Shown: positions 36,801 to 49,770, counted from the stretch's first letter. The stretch: 64,000 nucleotides of DNA from Botryllus schlosseri (GCA_051294905.1 CM119372.1:11534001-11598000), one strand, 5' to 3'. Numbers and translations: made by a program. Notes: a model not told the origin generated them from the sequence alone.

Positions 36801-39800
36801 TTACATTTTCGAATTTGATTCACCCTATCACTGACGTTTCGCTACTGATGAGGGTCAGTCGAAAAGCTTTCAGCGAATAAATTAACAATATGAAGTTATT
36901 GTTTCGCGTTATTCTGAAGTTCTGTACCACAAATCACTTAATCATTAAATACGATTTATTCCTTGTATATATGCGCGAATAATGTATCCATTCAGCAATC
37001 CGGCCCGCCAAGTACTTAATTTTTCTATATCCGGCACTCTGACCGGAGAAGTTGCCCGCCCCTGCTCCATAAGAATATCATCACATTTCCGGTACATTGG
37101 CATGAGGCGCATGCAAGTTTGAAGTAAATACTCGCAAAATAATTTATAACATAGGCGCACCCATAAAATGTCCCAGCTACAGGCGATCAATACTGCAGCG
37201 ATCTGCGTGATTATAAGTACAGTATTTGGTTGAGGTTAGCGTGGCGAGAATTTCAAACTATATCTACCCCACTCCCTGATCTATAATCCTGATGTGAGAT
37301 CGTTTGAAATATGACCAATAAGATATCTCGCTATGTAAATAGTATAAATGTGCGGACAATATTTCAGAAGAAATGTAATTATCAATCACATTGAGCAATT
37401 AGTACGTTGCATCATGATTGCTTGTAAGCGGTCGTCACTCAAGGAATGAGGTAATTGGAGTAGCCCACATTACCAATTATTGCGTCACACGATAGACTTT
37501 GCTCGGAGACGTCGTGTCTAGACTCAATAGAATATCTGATCAACATTACTGTTGTCATGATTACGTCACAAAATCATGTCATTCCAAGTGCCCCTAAAAC
37601 TGTTGCACAAACGTGTATTTGTTCCTACACAGCATTAAATAGTTCGCGTTCACAGTTCACACATAACAAAAGCGATCGTATTCCGTGAACAGCGATCAAC
37701 GTACGGTTCATGAAGCTTGCACAGATCACAATAAAATGTATAAAACACCTAAGTATGGAAGTATTGAAATGTCGTTCCATACCATAGATTAAAATCTCCC
37801 GTTCCATACCATACTTGCATTGCTCCATATTCCATACCAAAATATCGATCCACACCATACCATACTTCCATACCATACCATACCATGCCCTGGACATGAT
37901 CCATGGATCGCAATGACAAGCTCACTAAATTTAATTAACTGACCTTCCGTCGGCGACAATTGAGATTTTCCTTCGGATTTTCGTGAGAAGCTGGCCATTC
38001 CAAACTGAAAAAGTCGCGTTCGTTAGATAGATTGCGAACTACCGGTATATCGCTCAAGCATTCCCATTAGATCTCTTCGGTAGATCACGAGAACATTACA
38101 GCAGACCACGCAGTCAGGTTAATCATAGGCTCTTAGAGGGCAAATAGGCGAAACGACGATATCGACATTAATAATGGCCAAGATTAGGGCGAAGTACATC
38201 CCAAACTAACAGCACAAATGTGTGATAATTCGAAATGAGCTACGTGCTGACCTTCCAAGTCAGCAGATGCGAAAGTGTCGACTAATCGAATAATTTAAAG
38301 GTGGGACGGGAATGTTGACCTTTTCAGTCGGCAGGGTTGTAGGTCACGGTGACATCTGCTTCCAAAAGGTAGTTAGCAATACGCCAATATTGAGCACCTC
38401 TGAACAATTATTGCCGAAGGAGCATGATGAGCGAGTAAAATGTAATTTAAACGAAATGAAGAATCAGATGAAACAATGCTAGCGGTAGCCTACTCTATAG
38501 TACAGTGGTCGGGAACCTTTTGTCCGAAGAGCCATATTGACCCCATATTTTCCATCTTAACTTCCAAAGAGCCATACGTTTTAATCAATACGTCACAATA
38601 TAAAAATTGTGACGTCATCGTAGCGCAAATTCGTCGATTTTCGTCAGTTATACGAGATCGTAGGTTCGTCTTGACCAGGGCCGGCCAACCCGTGGCCCGC
38701 GAGAAGGTTTTGAGTGGCCCGCGAGATAATTTCCGAAATTTCTAATGTTATCAAAAATGGATTGCACAGATTATGAACTTGTGAGGCCAACCGAAATTTG
38801 GTTTAGTCTGGCCGCAACACTTGATATGTTATGACTAAAATATCAGTTCCGACGCATTGGCAGATCCATGAGTCAGTCACATATTGATAGATCTTCGTAT
38901 ACTACAATAAACAGAATGGTGGGCGATAGATTTATCAAAAGTAAACATTTTCTACACGCTTCGCGCAACATGTTGTCACTCGATTTCTTGATTTTAATAT
39001 TGTTGCCCCTTTGTGAAAATCTAAGAACTCCTAATGTATCAGATTGAATCTAAATATAATCGCGATTACGAGACAGAGTGTCGTTTAACATATGCGGCTT
39101 TGCGTTTGCACTCGCAGAAAGACTGTCGACTATGAAACCTAGGCACAAAATGATTGACGCATGTTGGTCGAAACTTTTGATATCGAAATGTCCAGACGCC
39201 GATAGCCCAGTCCTTGCAAACTGAGCCCAGCGATATACAGCAGGCCCGCAATCAATGTTCCCTCTAATTTTTGCCGAGTCTGCGCACACTCACCAATACA
39301 CTGCGCAGACCCTTGGACAACAGTGCGTAACGGTGGAAAAAAAGATCATCACTTCGGATTTTTTGTGCGCAACTTCGATTTTCTGTGCGCAGAGACTGTG
39401 CCAGCACTGCGCATTTGCGCACGTGCGCAGCTTAGAGGGAACATTGCCCAAAATATAGTCAGGTGAAAATATTATTGACCTGTGAACTAGGAAAAATATT
39501 CGCGCCTCGCGCGGCTAGTGGCCCGCGCAACAGTTCGACAATCGAATGTGGCCCTTTGGCTGAAAAGGTTGGCCAGCCCTGGTCTTGACGATATGACCTT
39601 ACCTGTCTACTAGATTTTGAACATTTTTACTACGAAAATCACGCAACTTACCTATTTATTGTTCGAAAATATAGCATGAAAGGGGAGGTAAGGCATTGGT
39701 GAGGCACAGCCGGGATTAGCATAGCGCAATTCATCGTAAATATCACAGAATTTATAATATTGATAACACTGGTTTTCACATAGTTTTTGGCATGCAAAGT

Positions 39801-42800
39801 GAGAGTGGGTTTGGTGGTTCTGAAGGGCGCTGATTGCGAAGATGACCTTAGTTTCATCAGATTGGCTCTTATTCTGGAGATAACCCATGGGGAAGACATG
39901 AGGGTTCTTCATAGTCAATTATTATATATTGAAGTGCAGTATAAAATTAGAAAAAACTACGATTTTCTTCTTGCGAAGCGAAATATTCAATGGTAAATTC
40001 AGTAATTTTGGACTTTTTAGGGGTATAAGATCGAATCTCTAATCAGTAATGTGATATTCGTAATCGGCAACCTCAAAAACCCCAGAAACGGCTCTTAGAC
40101 CGAAGTCGCGATTATATTTATTCGTATCGCATATTTCATTTCATGTATTCATGCGGAATAAAATATTTCAAAAAAAAATTGAATGTAATAGCCACACCGA
40201 TTCCGATTCGATTTCTCAATTCTCATAGCATTCGGCGGTAACACAACGTTGTGCCACACGCCTACATTTGAACAGCAACTACAAAGCTACTTTGTCAATC
40301 AAGAACGTGGATCACTATGGCGTTGTTTGTAATTTGAATTTGTAATTGTGAATATCACTTCCACGGAGTTCATTTCTCGCCGTAGATCAGGAAGACAATG
40401 CGTATTTGAAGACTGCATTGTCATACAGGCGTCGCCAGGTCTGCTATTCTCATTGAGCAATCAACGCATCGTGCAATCCGAGATTTCGTGGCGCAGGCGA
40501 GACAGCAACTTAGATTTGAGGATTTTGAAACGGGGTCCGAGCCCTTAACCCTGAATACGCCACTGTATTCACCTCTCAAAGACATGGTTATACTGCCGCA
40601 AGAATAATTATACTGGTCGTGCTGAAGATTTAATAACAAGTTGCTGCAATGTTGATAAATTATGCAAAAAATTAGAATTTTCGCAAAGAGCCATACTTTA
40701 TGCCCAAAAGAGCCATATATGGCTCGCGAGCCATAGGTTCCCGACCACTGCTATAGTAGATATATAGCAGTGTTGTGTGATGAGTGACAAGTCATTTCGA
40801 GTCATTGCACATTTTGACTCGAATCAAGTCATATCGCTCAATTTTTGAAGGTGACTCGAGTCAAGTCGAGTCAAGTCGAGTCACGAGGAGTCAAGTCACA
40901 ATTCCAGTCAACTTGCCTTTTCGAAGTATGAGGCATGATTACGTTATTGCATTTTGCTAGCTGTTTGAAATACAGATTGAGCGGTCATTGATTTTGAACC
41001 GATGAACGAATACAGAGTTCTTTAATATACACGCAAGAAGGCCTTTGTACCACTCACATATACGAAGACCTGTTGAACCACGTAAGCAATTGCATAGTCT
41101 CAGTTTATGCTTACCAGTTAAAATAGAGAATATCGGATAAAAACGAATTGATAAGATGCAATACAGTAGCCACCCACATCTACATATTCATGCGATACAA
41201 TTAGAGCCTGCGCCAATGCTTAACGAGTATATAAACTATATTTGAATTCAATTTAAATAAAACAAGGGGCTTGACTGTGATAAGAACAGAGAACAGAGAT
41301 ATATATTTGCTACTTAATTACTTTAAAACTAGTTTACGACAACGTAACTCATGTATGCTACGATCAGTTCGTTTGTGGTCAATTTATTTGTGAGAGAACA
41401 TTGTAGGCTCAGTAAAACGCACAATCATTGAAAGATTGGTCGCTCTCACAGCTAACACCAGGGTTTCGCGAACAGTTCGAACACATGCAAGATACAGTGA
41501 TTTTTGTCGACGCCGATTACTTGATGACTTGAAATTGACTCGTGATTTTTGCTCCGAGTCACGAATCAATCCACATTTATGAGACACCGCGTCTAATCAA
41601 GTCAAGTCATACGAGAACGGCGACTCGAGTCTGTCTCGAGTCAAGTCATGACTCGAGTCATCCCAACACTGATATAAAGTGTTGGTGGGCGGGAGATAAG
41701 GTAGACACTACATTGAGACCACAAGAAGTATATGGTGGTCGTATATACTAGGGTTACCATGTTTAGGGGATCCTAAAAGATGACCCTTTTTCTAAATTTT
41801 CAGACTTACATTACTAGAGTCAGATCCTGAAAAAATGGTAAGCTCAAGTACAGAAAAACCCGTCTGACCGTCACTTGGCCGCGGATTTCCTATATCTCAG
41901 TCCACGTGCATTTAACCAAAATTCTCAAAAAAGAGGACTTATAGGCGTCCTCCGAGGACACTTTCAAAAAAGTCAAAAAAGAAGACAAATCCCCCTTAAA
42001 TAAGGAGGTATGGTAACCCTAGTATATACTTATTCGGGTATTGATTGTATAAGTAGTAGTTACGATGGCATTAACAGCAATGCAACCCTACGAAAGTCAC
42101 TAGTTTCCCAATCTTTCTCCATCGTTGTTGATGTTCTGACATTGCCCACCGTTGTCCTCCCCGTCAAAATCGACTATCTGTAAATTGCTTGCGACTTAAT
42201 TCAGGCCTAATATCTGCAATAAGTGAAGGTAAGAACCAAATGCTGTCAATAACTTGAGAAATATATTGTTAAAATACTAATTTCCGGCATAGAAATGCAG
42301 GATAAATGAAAATGACAAAGCCAAGATGAGGAATTCTAGACAAGTGACCATCCATGCAGGCGTCACGATAGCACATGGTTCATTTGACGCAAACGGAAAT
42401 ATACAGTTACGTGGGGATTGTATTTCGCTGAGCTTCAACACACTTTGAATAACATTGGTTTTTGAAATGCAACACTATAAACTTCTCACCGTTGGTCGTC
42501 CTTCGCACGGGGCAATCTGATTTGCACACCTCTCGTGAATATTGACTTTGCATGTTTTACATCGGAATCCTTGACGTTTGTAATCTACATGTATTGAACG
42601 TTCATCAGTAGGCTAACACAGTAACACTGAACGAGCAAAATCGATAGGCTGCCTCCAAGAGCTGTATGGGAGTTTAATATATCCTCGATTTTTCTAGACG
42701 CCGGCCGAGGCATTGCTATTGCATCAAGATGCAAGCCTGACATTACAACCCCATGTTCATCAAATTTCAATTGTGATGTAGTCAGAGTCAGGCCGATTGA

Positions 42801-45800
42801 TCTCAGGACGTCACTGAACCGTATTGATATTCTAGTGTTTGTCATTCCCCACACATATTTACTGCTATGGATCGATGAGCTGTATCATAAATGAGATCGA
42901 GTACCAAGTCAACATAACATCAGTATCCCACGAGTCGGACAGTTATGCTGCATAGTATAGTCGACATGATACAGCGAATGCTGTAAGTTTGGACGATGGT
43001 TAGAAATGATACCATTCAGGGACGCAATCAATTCGCATTTCCAATATATTTCCGAGGGAATTAAGAACATGAGCGACGACGAATCTCCTGTCTATAGGCT
43101 CCCGTCAATCAATTCAAGAGTACGACAGAAATCTAGTCGAGTTGAAGCACCAATAGAGAAGTCGCTAATTCGGCGTGGAATAATGACCACGTTAAATCGA
43201 TACGGAATCCTAAAAGTAGAGTAAACAAACAAAATGCCACTTTCGCGAAAAAAGGAATTCAGAAACCCCACCTTTATTCAAATCCATCCCTCCGGAATCC
43301 AAAATCTTGATTCAACACATCGAGAAATTGGTCCGTGGACATATGAGCATGCGACACTTCGGCATGCGACAATTGGGCATGTAACACATGAGCTATGATC
43401 ATGTGGGTTAAATTACGGGTTAGGGTTAGGCTTGGGGTTAGGATGTATATAGGGGTTAATTTTAGGACTATGTTTCGGGTTAGGGTAGGTTTTTGGTTTA
43501 TAAAGTCACATGCTGACGTGACGCATGCTGAAGGGTCCCATGCTGAACTGTCGTTTTCCATTGTTTCGCTTGCTCATATGTCGGGCAACCCGAGAAACTA
43601 TATACTACTTTGTCGCGCTTGGAGGGGCTCGCACGCAGCATTGATGAACAGCATTATGATTAGGACTGGATGCGGAACGGCTTAACTATATTTTCGAGAT
43701 TTGTAATTGGATACGGATTTCACCCTATCCCCACCTTCGGATGTTTTCGTATTTTGTCTCATGCAGACCGTTTTACGTAGTAGAAGCATGTTTTAGTTGC
43801 TTCACCGTATTGCGAGATAGAGCTCAAAAAGATGCAATAAATTCGATGATAGACACACGAATTTGAAAATCCTTGGATTTTACATCACGTAACCGCGTTA
43901 GGATAATTTCGGATTTTTAAATTGAAAAATTCTAGTAGGCGGATAGGATTCGAATTCACAATCCCAATATATTTTCAGTCGGAGCGTATTGGGACTCTCC
44001 AACGGCAGATTTCGCTCATCTATGGGACTCTGGCTCACAGTCGGTATTTTTTAACATTATGTAAATGACTAGATTCTTATAACACGAAAAAAGTATGGAT
44101 GCCGAAGGACTTCAAGTCCATGATGACTGTTGAAGAACGGTTGAATTACCATTTAGTGTCATGCTTGGACTCCACCATGGTGTTTTCAGTCTGCGTCTAC
44201 GCTAAGATATAATAATATCAGACGTTGCGGGAAAGCTTATTTGCTGACGAATATATATAGCACCTTGATTCGATACGTATTGCCACGGACCAATATCATA
44301 TGAGGTCGCGAAAATCGGGAGTAAGCGTTAATATTTACCGAGGAGTAACAATCGCTGACAGGAATCGCAGAAGGTTGGCTTCTTGAACGAACAAAACAAA
44401 AGCACATGGCCATTTATATTTTCCACGCGTGCATCCGTGTTTGATCGTCGATTGAATAGCGCTGAAACTGCAACGATATATAAATATTTACTGAATAGTA
44501 TAACATACGGAAGTACATATAGACTACTCGACGTAAAACTGAAGGGTTCAAGTTCAAGTTCAAGCTTATTCATAAAATTTCATCACTTCAAAACATCTCA
44601 AGACTGCAATACAACGAATGATAGGAAGATGCCGAAACGACTAGGAGAAGTCTTAAGATCAGACACCCACCTGGAACTAGGCGATGTAAAGAGGAGGCAT
44701 GCACACTGAATGAAAGTAAAAGAAGATAATATAAAGTGGCAAGCGATAAAATCAGGTGGCAAGTGACGGAAGGCGAGATGGATACGTCAGGTCGTGGACT
44801 GGATGACTGGTATTCATTCAGCAGAAACTGCTTGAATTTCGACTTGAATGTGGACACGCCCAACGACTGTCGGATAGCCGGCGAGATACTGTTCCGCACT
44901 TCAGGTCCGGCATATTTGATAAAGCGATGATCTTTTTTGTCAACCATATGATAGTTGGACGACGTGGATGCGGGTGTGCCGTACCGTACTTATGCACTTT
45001 TGATATCGAGGTTTGAAATCATATAGTGGCCCATATACCGGGTTGTGGTACCCTACAGGCTATTGGTCTTTACAAGAAAAATATGTACTGTACAAACCAT
45101 CAGGTCAATTAGACAGACCAAGTGGAGGTGGTGATAGCGGCATATAGTGAGGGCAAGGTTGCCATCGACATGAATCAAACACCAAGGACAGCTAAGTATA
45201 GCTGATGACAAAAAATAAAGTCAACACATCTGTCGTAATATCCCCTGTTCACGGTCAGTTTCGTTCAGTCCTGATCACCGTCTCATTGTCGGATATAAGG
45301 ACAGAATTCCCGAAGATAAGGAGGAACTAAGGATACAAGTCAAAAATAAGAACCAATCTGAGAAATAAAGACAATGTTGTTTATCATACATCGTCATCCA
45401 AAATCAGGAGAAATCTGAGAAATAAGGACGGTACGACAACCCCTGATATAGTGAATGTGTATACGTGCATTGTGCGTCTTCATAGTCTCTCAGGTTTGGG
45501 AGGAGTGAATGAATTTCATTTCGTTTAAATTGATGTTCTTGATTCTTACACTGTAAATCCATGGGTGGAAATAGGTGCATTTCAGGGATAGTGCGAACCC
45601 TTTCAAGGTTCAGGTTCGTGTGAACGGGAACCTTTTTGAAGGGTTCTGTGTAAACGCCAACGTGATGTCACGTGACGTCATATTTCTAATACCCACCCTG
45701 CATTTCAGCAAAGTGGTGTATTAATGTAAACTATAACTAGCGACGACTGAGGTCACATTAAGACGCAATGCAAAAGTAGTCTACATGGTGTCTTTTCAAA

Positions 45801-48800
45801 CGTCACCAAATGTATCAACTGAGCAATCAAATGCTACAAATATAATCCCATAAAATTAATATCTTCCGTCGCTTTGCCAACAATTTCGATGAGCACTTGC
45901 AAGGGAATATAAGCTTACGCCTAAACGGTCTACGCTCGACCGTACAATGTATTCGGCGTTTGACTATTGCTACATTGAGCAGAGTGTAAATGTAAAACGG
46001 GTTTCTATTCTTGCTACCGAAATTACCCCATAAACAAGTTATACAGTAGCCAACAACCCAATCGCACGGATTTGGTTTTTATTATACAATAAGCATATCA
46101 AATTAAGACGGATCGCTTACGCATGTTAGATTATTTACATCAGTCAACGATGTATTCTTTATATCAATTTCATTGATTGGTTGAATAAGCATGATTCGCT
46201 GATTACCTATGTTGCAGTGTTGGGATCAAGTCACTACCTTCGAGTCACAAGTCATCTCGAGTCATTGCACATTTTGACTCGAGTCAAGTCAAGTCAAGTC
46301 ACGAGTCAAGTCATGTTGCCTTTTCAAAGTACGAGGCATGATTACGTCATTGTATTTTGCTAGGTGTTTGATATACAGATGGAGTGGTGACACATTTTGA
46401 ATTGACGAACTATCATATAGTTTAGTATACTTACAAAAGGCGTTGTTTCGATCACGCATACGTAGAACTGCTATACTACGGAAGTAACTGTACAGCGTCT
46501 GTCCCTAATTATCAGCCGAAATACAAAATAGAATACGAGACCCCCGACAGTATAAATGAATTGATATGATGCAATACACTACCCACCTATACATCCATGA
46601 GATACAATTCAGGCCGCCTGTATGTCAATGGGTGACTAGTACATGAGAACTTCGTATTCCTTTACAGCTTTTACAGTTACGCTAATGGACAGGGCCAACT
46701 CAAACTCGACTTAAATGACGCGAAATAGGCAATGTGAACGTCCGAACGGTTCATTCGGGAGTCGAGTCAGAGTGATGATCTTTTTTAGTCAACACAACAA
46801 TATTTCCAGTAAATCATCCAAAATCAGCTTTTTTCAACTAACTCTTATGATTTTTAAAAAGTGTCTTCCATTCCAGATTCCAAAATACGGTAACTCGAAA
46901 TATAATCGAATTCTATATTAACTTTAAACAAGAAGTTTGGTTAAAGGGGCACTGCACTCTAAAAGTGATGTGGTCTCAAATTGAAGGGAAAAACGAAAAA
47001 AACATTTGGCAGCAGCCATTTTTTTCAGAACGCCACCGTAATTTCCTTCATAGCATCGGCTGACAACTATATAAAGTTTGATCTCTTCGTGACTGCTTGA
47101 GCGTGAAGTCGCTGTGGAAATTTCAATATATTGCAGCTCTCTTACGGTGGCGTTCTGAAGAAAACGGCTGCGGCCAAAATTTTTATTTCGTTTTGCCCTT
47201 CAATTTGAGACCACATCACTTTTAGAGTGCAGTGTCCCTTTAAGGTGAGAATATAGCATAATGAGCAGTCTGTAGAACAGAGATATACATTTTGCTATCA
47301 GATTACTTTAAGATGACGACAACGTAAGCTGTATGCTTCGAACGGTCAATTTATATGTGATAGAACAATGGAGGCTCAATAACACGCACGATCATTGAAT
47401 GATTAGTTGTTCTCACATACACCAGCGTTTCGCGAACAATCCGAACATATGCGAAAGCGATTTTTTTTCGACACCGATCACTTGATGACTCGAAATTGAC
47501 TTGAAGTAATTTTGAAAAGTGACTCGAGTCAAGTGAAGTCATACGAAAAAGGTGACTCGAGTCTGACTCGAGTCAAGTCACGACTCGAGTCATCCCAACA
47601 CTGCTCTGTTGTCAATTTCGTTCTTGCTGTTGTGGGATTGTGGGTCACGCTCAGAGCAGAGAGTTACTAAATATTCAGAAACGTAAAGCTGAATATTTCT
47701 GGCAAACATTTGTAATAAAGCAAGTACAATTTTTGAAATTGGCAAGGTGCATGCTCGTTTAGTGTTAATTTTCTTATACTGCCTTCGCCGTGCATAGAAT
47801 GGTCCGAAGTTAAAACGCAAAGAATTTCAACCAAAGATGTTATAATGTAGGGTTGCTATACGTCCCCTTTTAAGAGGATTTGTTCTCTTTTTGAAAGTGT
47901 CCTCGCAGGACACCTAAATGCCGCTTTTTGAGAATTTGTCCTCTTTTTTGAAACTTTTGGTTAAATGCACGCGGAAATCGGACTAAGATATAGGAAACAA
48001 GCGTTCAAGTAACGGTCCGGCTGGTTTTTCGGGACTTGAGCCAGAAAAATGACCTTCTTTAGTCTACCAACGGAAAATCTCATAGAAAATTTACCATTTT
48101 AACATTTCCGGATTTTACTCTAGTATTGTAAGACTAAAAATTTTGAAAAACTGTCCTCTTTTCAGATTTCCAAAATATGGCAAACCTATTATGATGACAT
48201 GAAAAACTAAAATATGAAAAAGGTAGACAGTGCAGAACCTACAAAGGTTCGTTTGTGAACGTGAACGTCTTGATTTCTGAACCTCACGCACACACAGACT
48301 GCGAACGTGAACCGCACGTTTACACCCTCCCTGGTGTATTTGTCATATTTCCATCATGGCGAGGGACGTGAATCAGGCAAACGGCACTTCCAGGTACCAA
48401 ATTCTGCTATCACATTCATTTCAATGAGTGAAAATGTGTCAAATACACCAATCCGAGTAGAGACATACCCCAGGAATGTATTGGGTTCTTTTACGTGTAA
48501 CTCATTTTGGGATTTCTTGAGGTGGTAGGCTACACGAAAGCAGAATCCACTACACTCCAGGGATACGTCTCCATAAGAATTGATGGACTTGACTCATATT
48601 CACCCATGGTAATTACAAGGTGTGAAATAACAATTTTGAACGTCAAAGTGCCTTTTACCTCATTTACACCATATGCTCGCCTGAAATCGGAAAAATTCTA
48701 TGGCCGATACCCTCACCCCAACCGCAGTGGCGAGATAGCGCAGTGGTATAATCCGCGGCTGCAACACCAATGGGCTGAGTGTTCGAGTCCGACCAAGGTC

Positions 48801-49315
48801 GACTTCAGAATTCCTATATCCAAGTGTTGGAGGTTTATCTAGGCTACTCCTCGCAGCCTCATCCGCGTAAGCGGTGTCTAACAAAAAGCCTAGAAGTGGG
48901 CCGTGCTATAAGCCGGCAGTTACGGAATAAAACTGAAGATTATCGGCCTGGTGTAAATGACCATAGTAGTCTATAAACACCTCAAAACAAACAAACAAAC
49001 TCCAACCGCATTTTCATTACTATTGGAATGACAGTCTAAGGAGCAATAGGATTAATGAATAAACGACTAATCGACGTAATCGTGCCTACGAAAGTCCCAT
49101 AAATACATTCGCAAGATGGGAACAGTGGGAAGTCTCATTGAATTTCTAACTCCCACGGCGCCGGTACTCTGAATGGGAGTGGCGCTGGCAACAAAACCAC
49201 CGAGTGAATCGGTGCGAGGATTTCGGTAGTATTTAGGGTTCATGATTTGTCACGTTCTATACGATTGCGAGTGGCGCAGTGTGCTTAGCGACACCGTCAC
49301 GAGGCCACTGATTAT

Positions 49316-49365
<50 letters not shown>

Positions 49366-49770
49366 CCGAAACACGAATGTCGGCAGCAAAGATAAAGTTG
49401 AGAGAGACTGATATTGGAAACGCGCGACTATGGAAGTCGTCCGAAAAATTACAAAGCCAGAGATTCTGAATATTACCAAGTCATTGTCATGGAGCACATT
49501 GTCTTAATAGGCGATAAGCACCAACAAATAAACAATACGATTGGCGTCACAGACTATAGCGTATTACCCAATACCTATATTTCGAATGTTTCGATCAGCG
49601 CTCAGTTATCTCCCGTACTGAAGTGTATAGGCCTACTCCGTACACTTACCTATTGCATTATGTGAGATGCGATGTCTTATTCCCGAAAAGGAATGAGGTT
49701 TGACGCTACCGACCCGATGCGGCATAGCATTCGGGCACGCGGCGACTGAGGCGCTTGCCACGGATTCCAT
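30817..49770 (-). CDS. STAC: STAC-like SH3 and cysteine-rich (C1) domain adaptor protein; terminal exon not identified
   Basis: Minus-strand phase-consistent exons: 49770-49650 (MESVASAS..), 44467/44461-44339 (NGHVLLFCSFKKPTFCDSCQRLLLL), 42584-42490 (DYKRQGFRCKTCKVNIHERCANQIAPC), 38004-37944, 35630-35571 (LKVLRLG), 35465-35367, 34920-34889, 31937-31858 (TYVALYKFKGTEKDDLTLK), 31772-31721 (PGDKIRVTKDKDESWWV), 30957-30817 (GQCNGKTGFMPANYV..start of SH3-2). C1 followed by tandem SH3 is the STAC architecture. Linker exons are inferred from splice signals and phase only. Confidence 0.85.
32301..34146. mobile_element. hAT MITE family D (AGGGATGGTGTGAAC TIR) with nested Charlie
   Basis: Inverted homolog of 55912-56890; flanks GTACCCAT/GTACCCAG. 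Confidence 0.85.
32949..33821. mobile_element. hAT-Charlie MITE
   Basis: CAGGGGTTATCAACC...GTTTGAGAACCGCTG; TSD ACCTAGAC/GCCTAGAC. Confidence 0.85.
36123..37064. mobile_element. hAT-Charlie MITE hosting the ribozyme palindrome
   Basis: AAGGGACGGGTAAC...GTTGCCCGCCCCTG; TSD GTCCATAA/CTCCATAA. Confidence 0.8.
36583..36913. repeat. Near-perfect palindrome (~162-bp arms, 6-nt spacer) with a hammerhead motif in each arm
   Basis: Arms 36583-36744 and 36751-36913; motif on + at 36838-36877 and on - at 36658-36619 (TTCGCTA-CTGATGA-G-N7-C-GAAA-AGCT-TT-TAGCGAA), each followed by AATAAA. Confidence 0.92.
38676..39581. mobile_element. hAT-Charlie MITE, sibling of 16059-16781
   Basis: Perfect TSD GTCTTGAC. 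Confidence 0.93.
39253..39446. mobile_element. Small hAT MITE (CAATGTTCCCTCTAA TIR)
   Basis: 15-bp TIR; TSD CCCGCAAT/CCCAAAAT; absent from the 16059 sibling of its host. Confidence 0.88.
40768..41671. mobile_element. hAT MITE family C
   Basis: TSD ATATATAG/ATATAAAG. Confidence 0.88.
41749..42021. mobile_element. hAT MITE family A
   Basis: Perfect TSD GTATATAC. Confidence 0.92.
43330..43590. mobile_element. MULE-type MITE with internal degenerate TTAGGG repeats
   Basis: GGTCCGTGGACATATGAGCA...TGCTCATATGTCGGGCAACC; 9-bp TSD CGAGAAATT/CGAGAAACT. Confidence 0.75.
44546..44960 (-). mobile_element. LINE 3' end (L2/CR1-group-like)
   Basis: ORF2 C-terminus IKYAGPEVRNSISPAIRQS..FKSKFKQFLLNEY; (TTGAAC)3 tail. 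Confidence 0.8.
45150..45445. mobile_element. Degenerate hAT MITE
   Basis: TSD ATATAGTG on both sides; GGTTGCCA/GACAACCCCTG ends. Confidence 0.65.
46215..47603. mobile_element. hAT MITE family C
   Basis: TSD CTATGTTG/CTCTGTTG. Confidence 0.88.
46945..47239. mobile_element. Kolobok-type MITE (TTAA TSD, ~95-bp TIR)
   Basis: TTAA|AGGGGCACTGCACTCTAAAAGTGATGTGGTCTCAAATTGAAGGG...CCCT|TTAA. Confidence 0.85.
47848..48188. mobile_element. hAT MITE family A
   Basis: TSD TTATAATG/TTATGATG. Confidence 0.87.
48727..49000 (+). mobile_element. tRNA-derived SINE, full length
   Basis: A box TAGCGCAGTGG (48736), B box GTTCGAGTCC (48781), (AAAC)n tail, TSD CCAACCGCA. Confidence 0.88.
49320..49365. repeat. 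(GA)n microsatellite
   Basis: Read directly; one interruption. Confidence 0.95.

Larger units (their letters stand above)
35768..37892. mobile_element. hAT element with CCATA subrepeats
   Basis: CAGGGCATGGTA...TACCATGCCCTG; perfect TSD GACATGAT. Confidence 0.92.
38503..40750. mobile_element. hAT-Charlie element (CAGTGGTCGGGAACC TIR) with nested insertions
   Basis: Perfect TSD CTATAGTA; about 39767-40100 resembles the Chapaev-like terminal sequences at 61466-61590 and 63020-63240. Confidence 0.92.
45583..48333. mobile_element. hAT MITE family D with nested family C, Kolobok and family A elements
   Basis: TSD GTGCATTT/GTGTATTT. Confidence 0.87.

Noticed and set aside
42150..42177. 28-bp STAC micro-exon (IVDFDGEDN)
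   Set aside because: Same phases as exon 38004-37944, so both cannot be included in frame; weak donor and no homology support. A mutually exclusive use cannot be excluded.
48727..48800. tRNA-Cys gene
   Set aside because: A and B boxes are present but the cloverleaf is poor, and it continues into a SINE body, tail and TSD.
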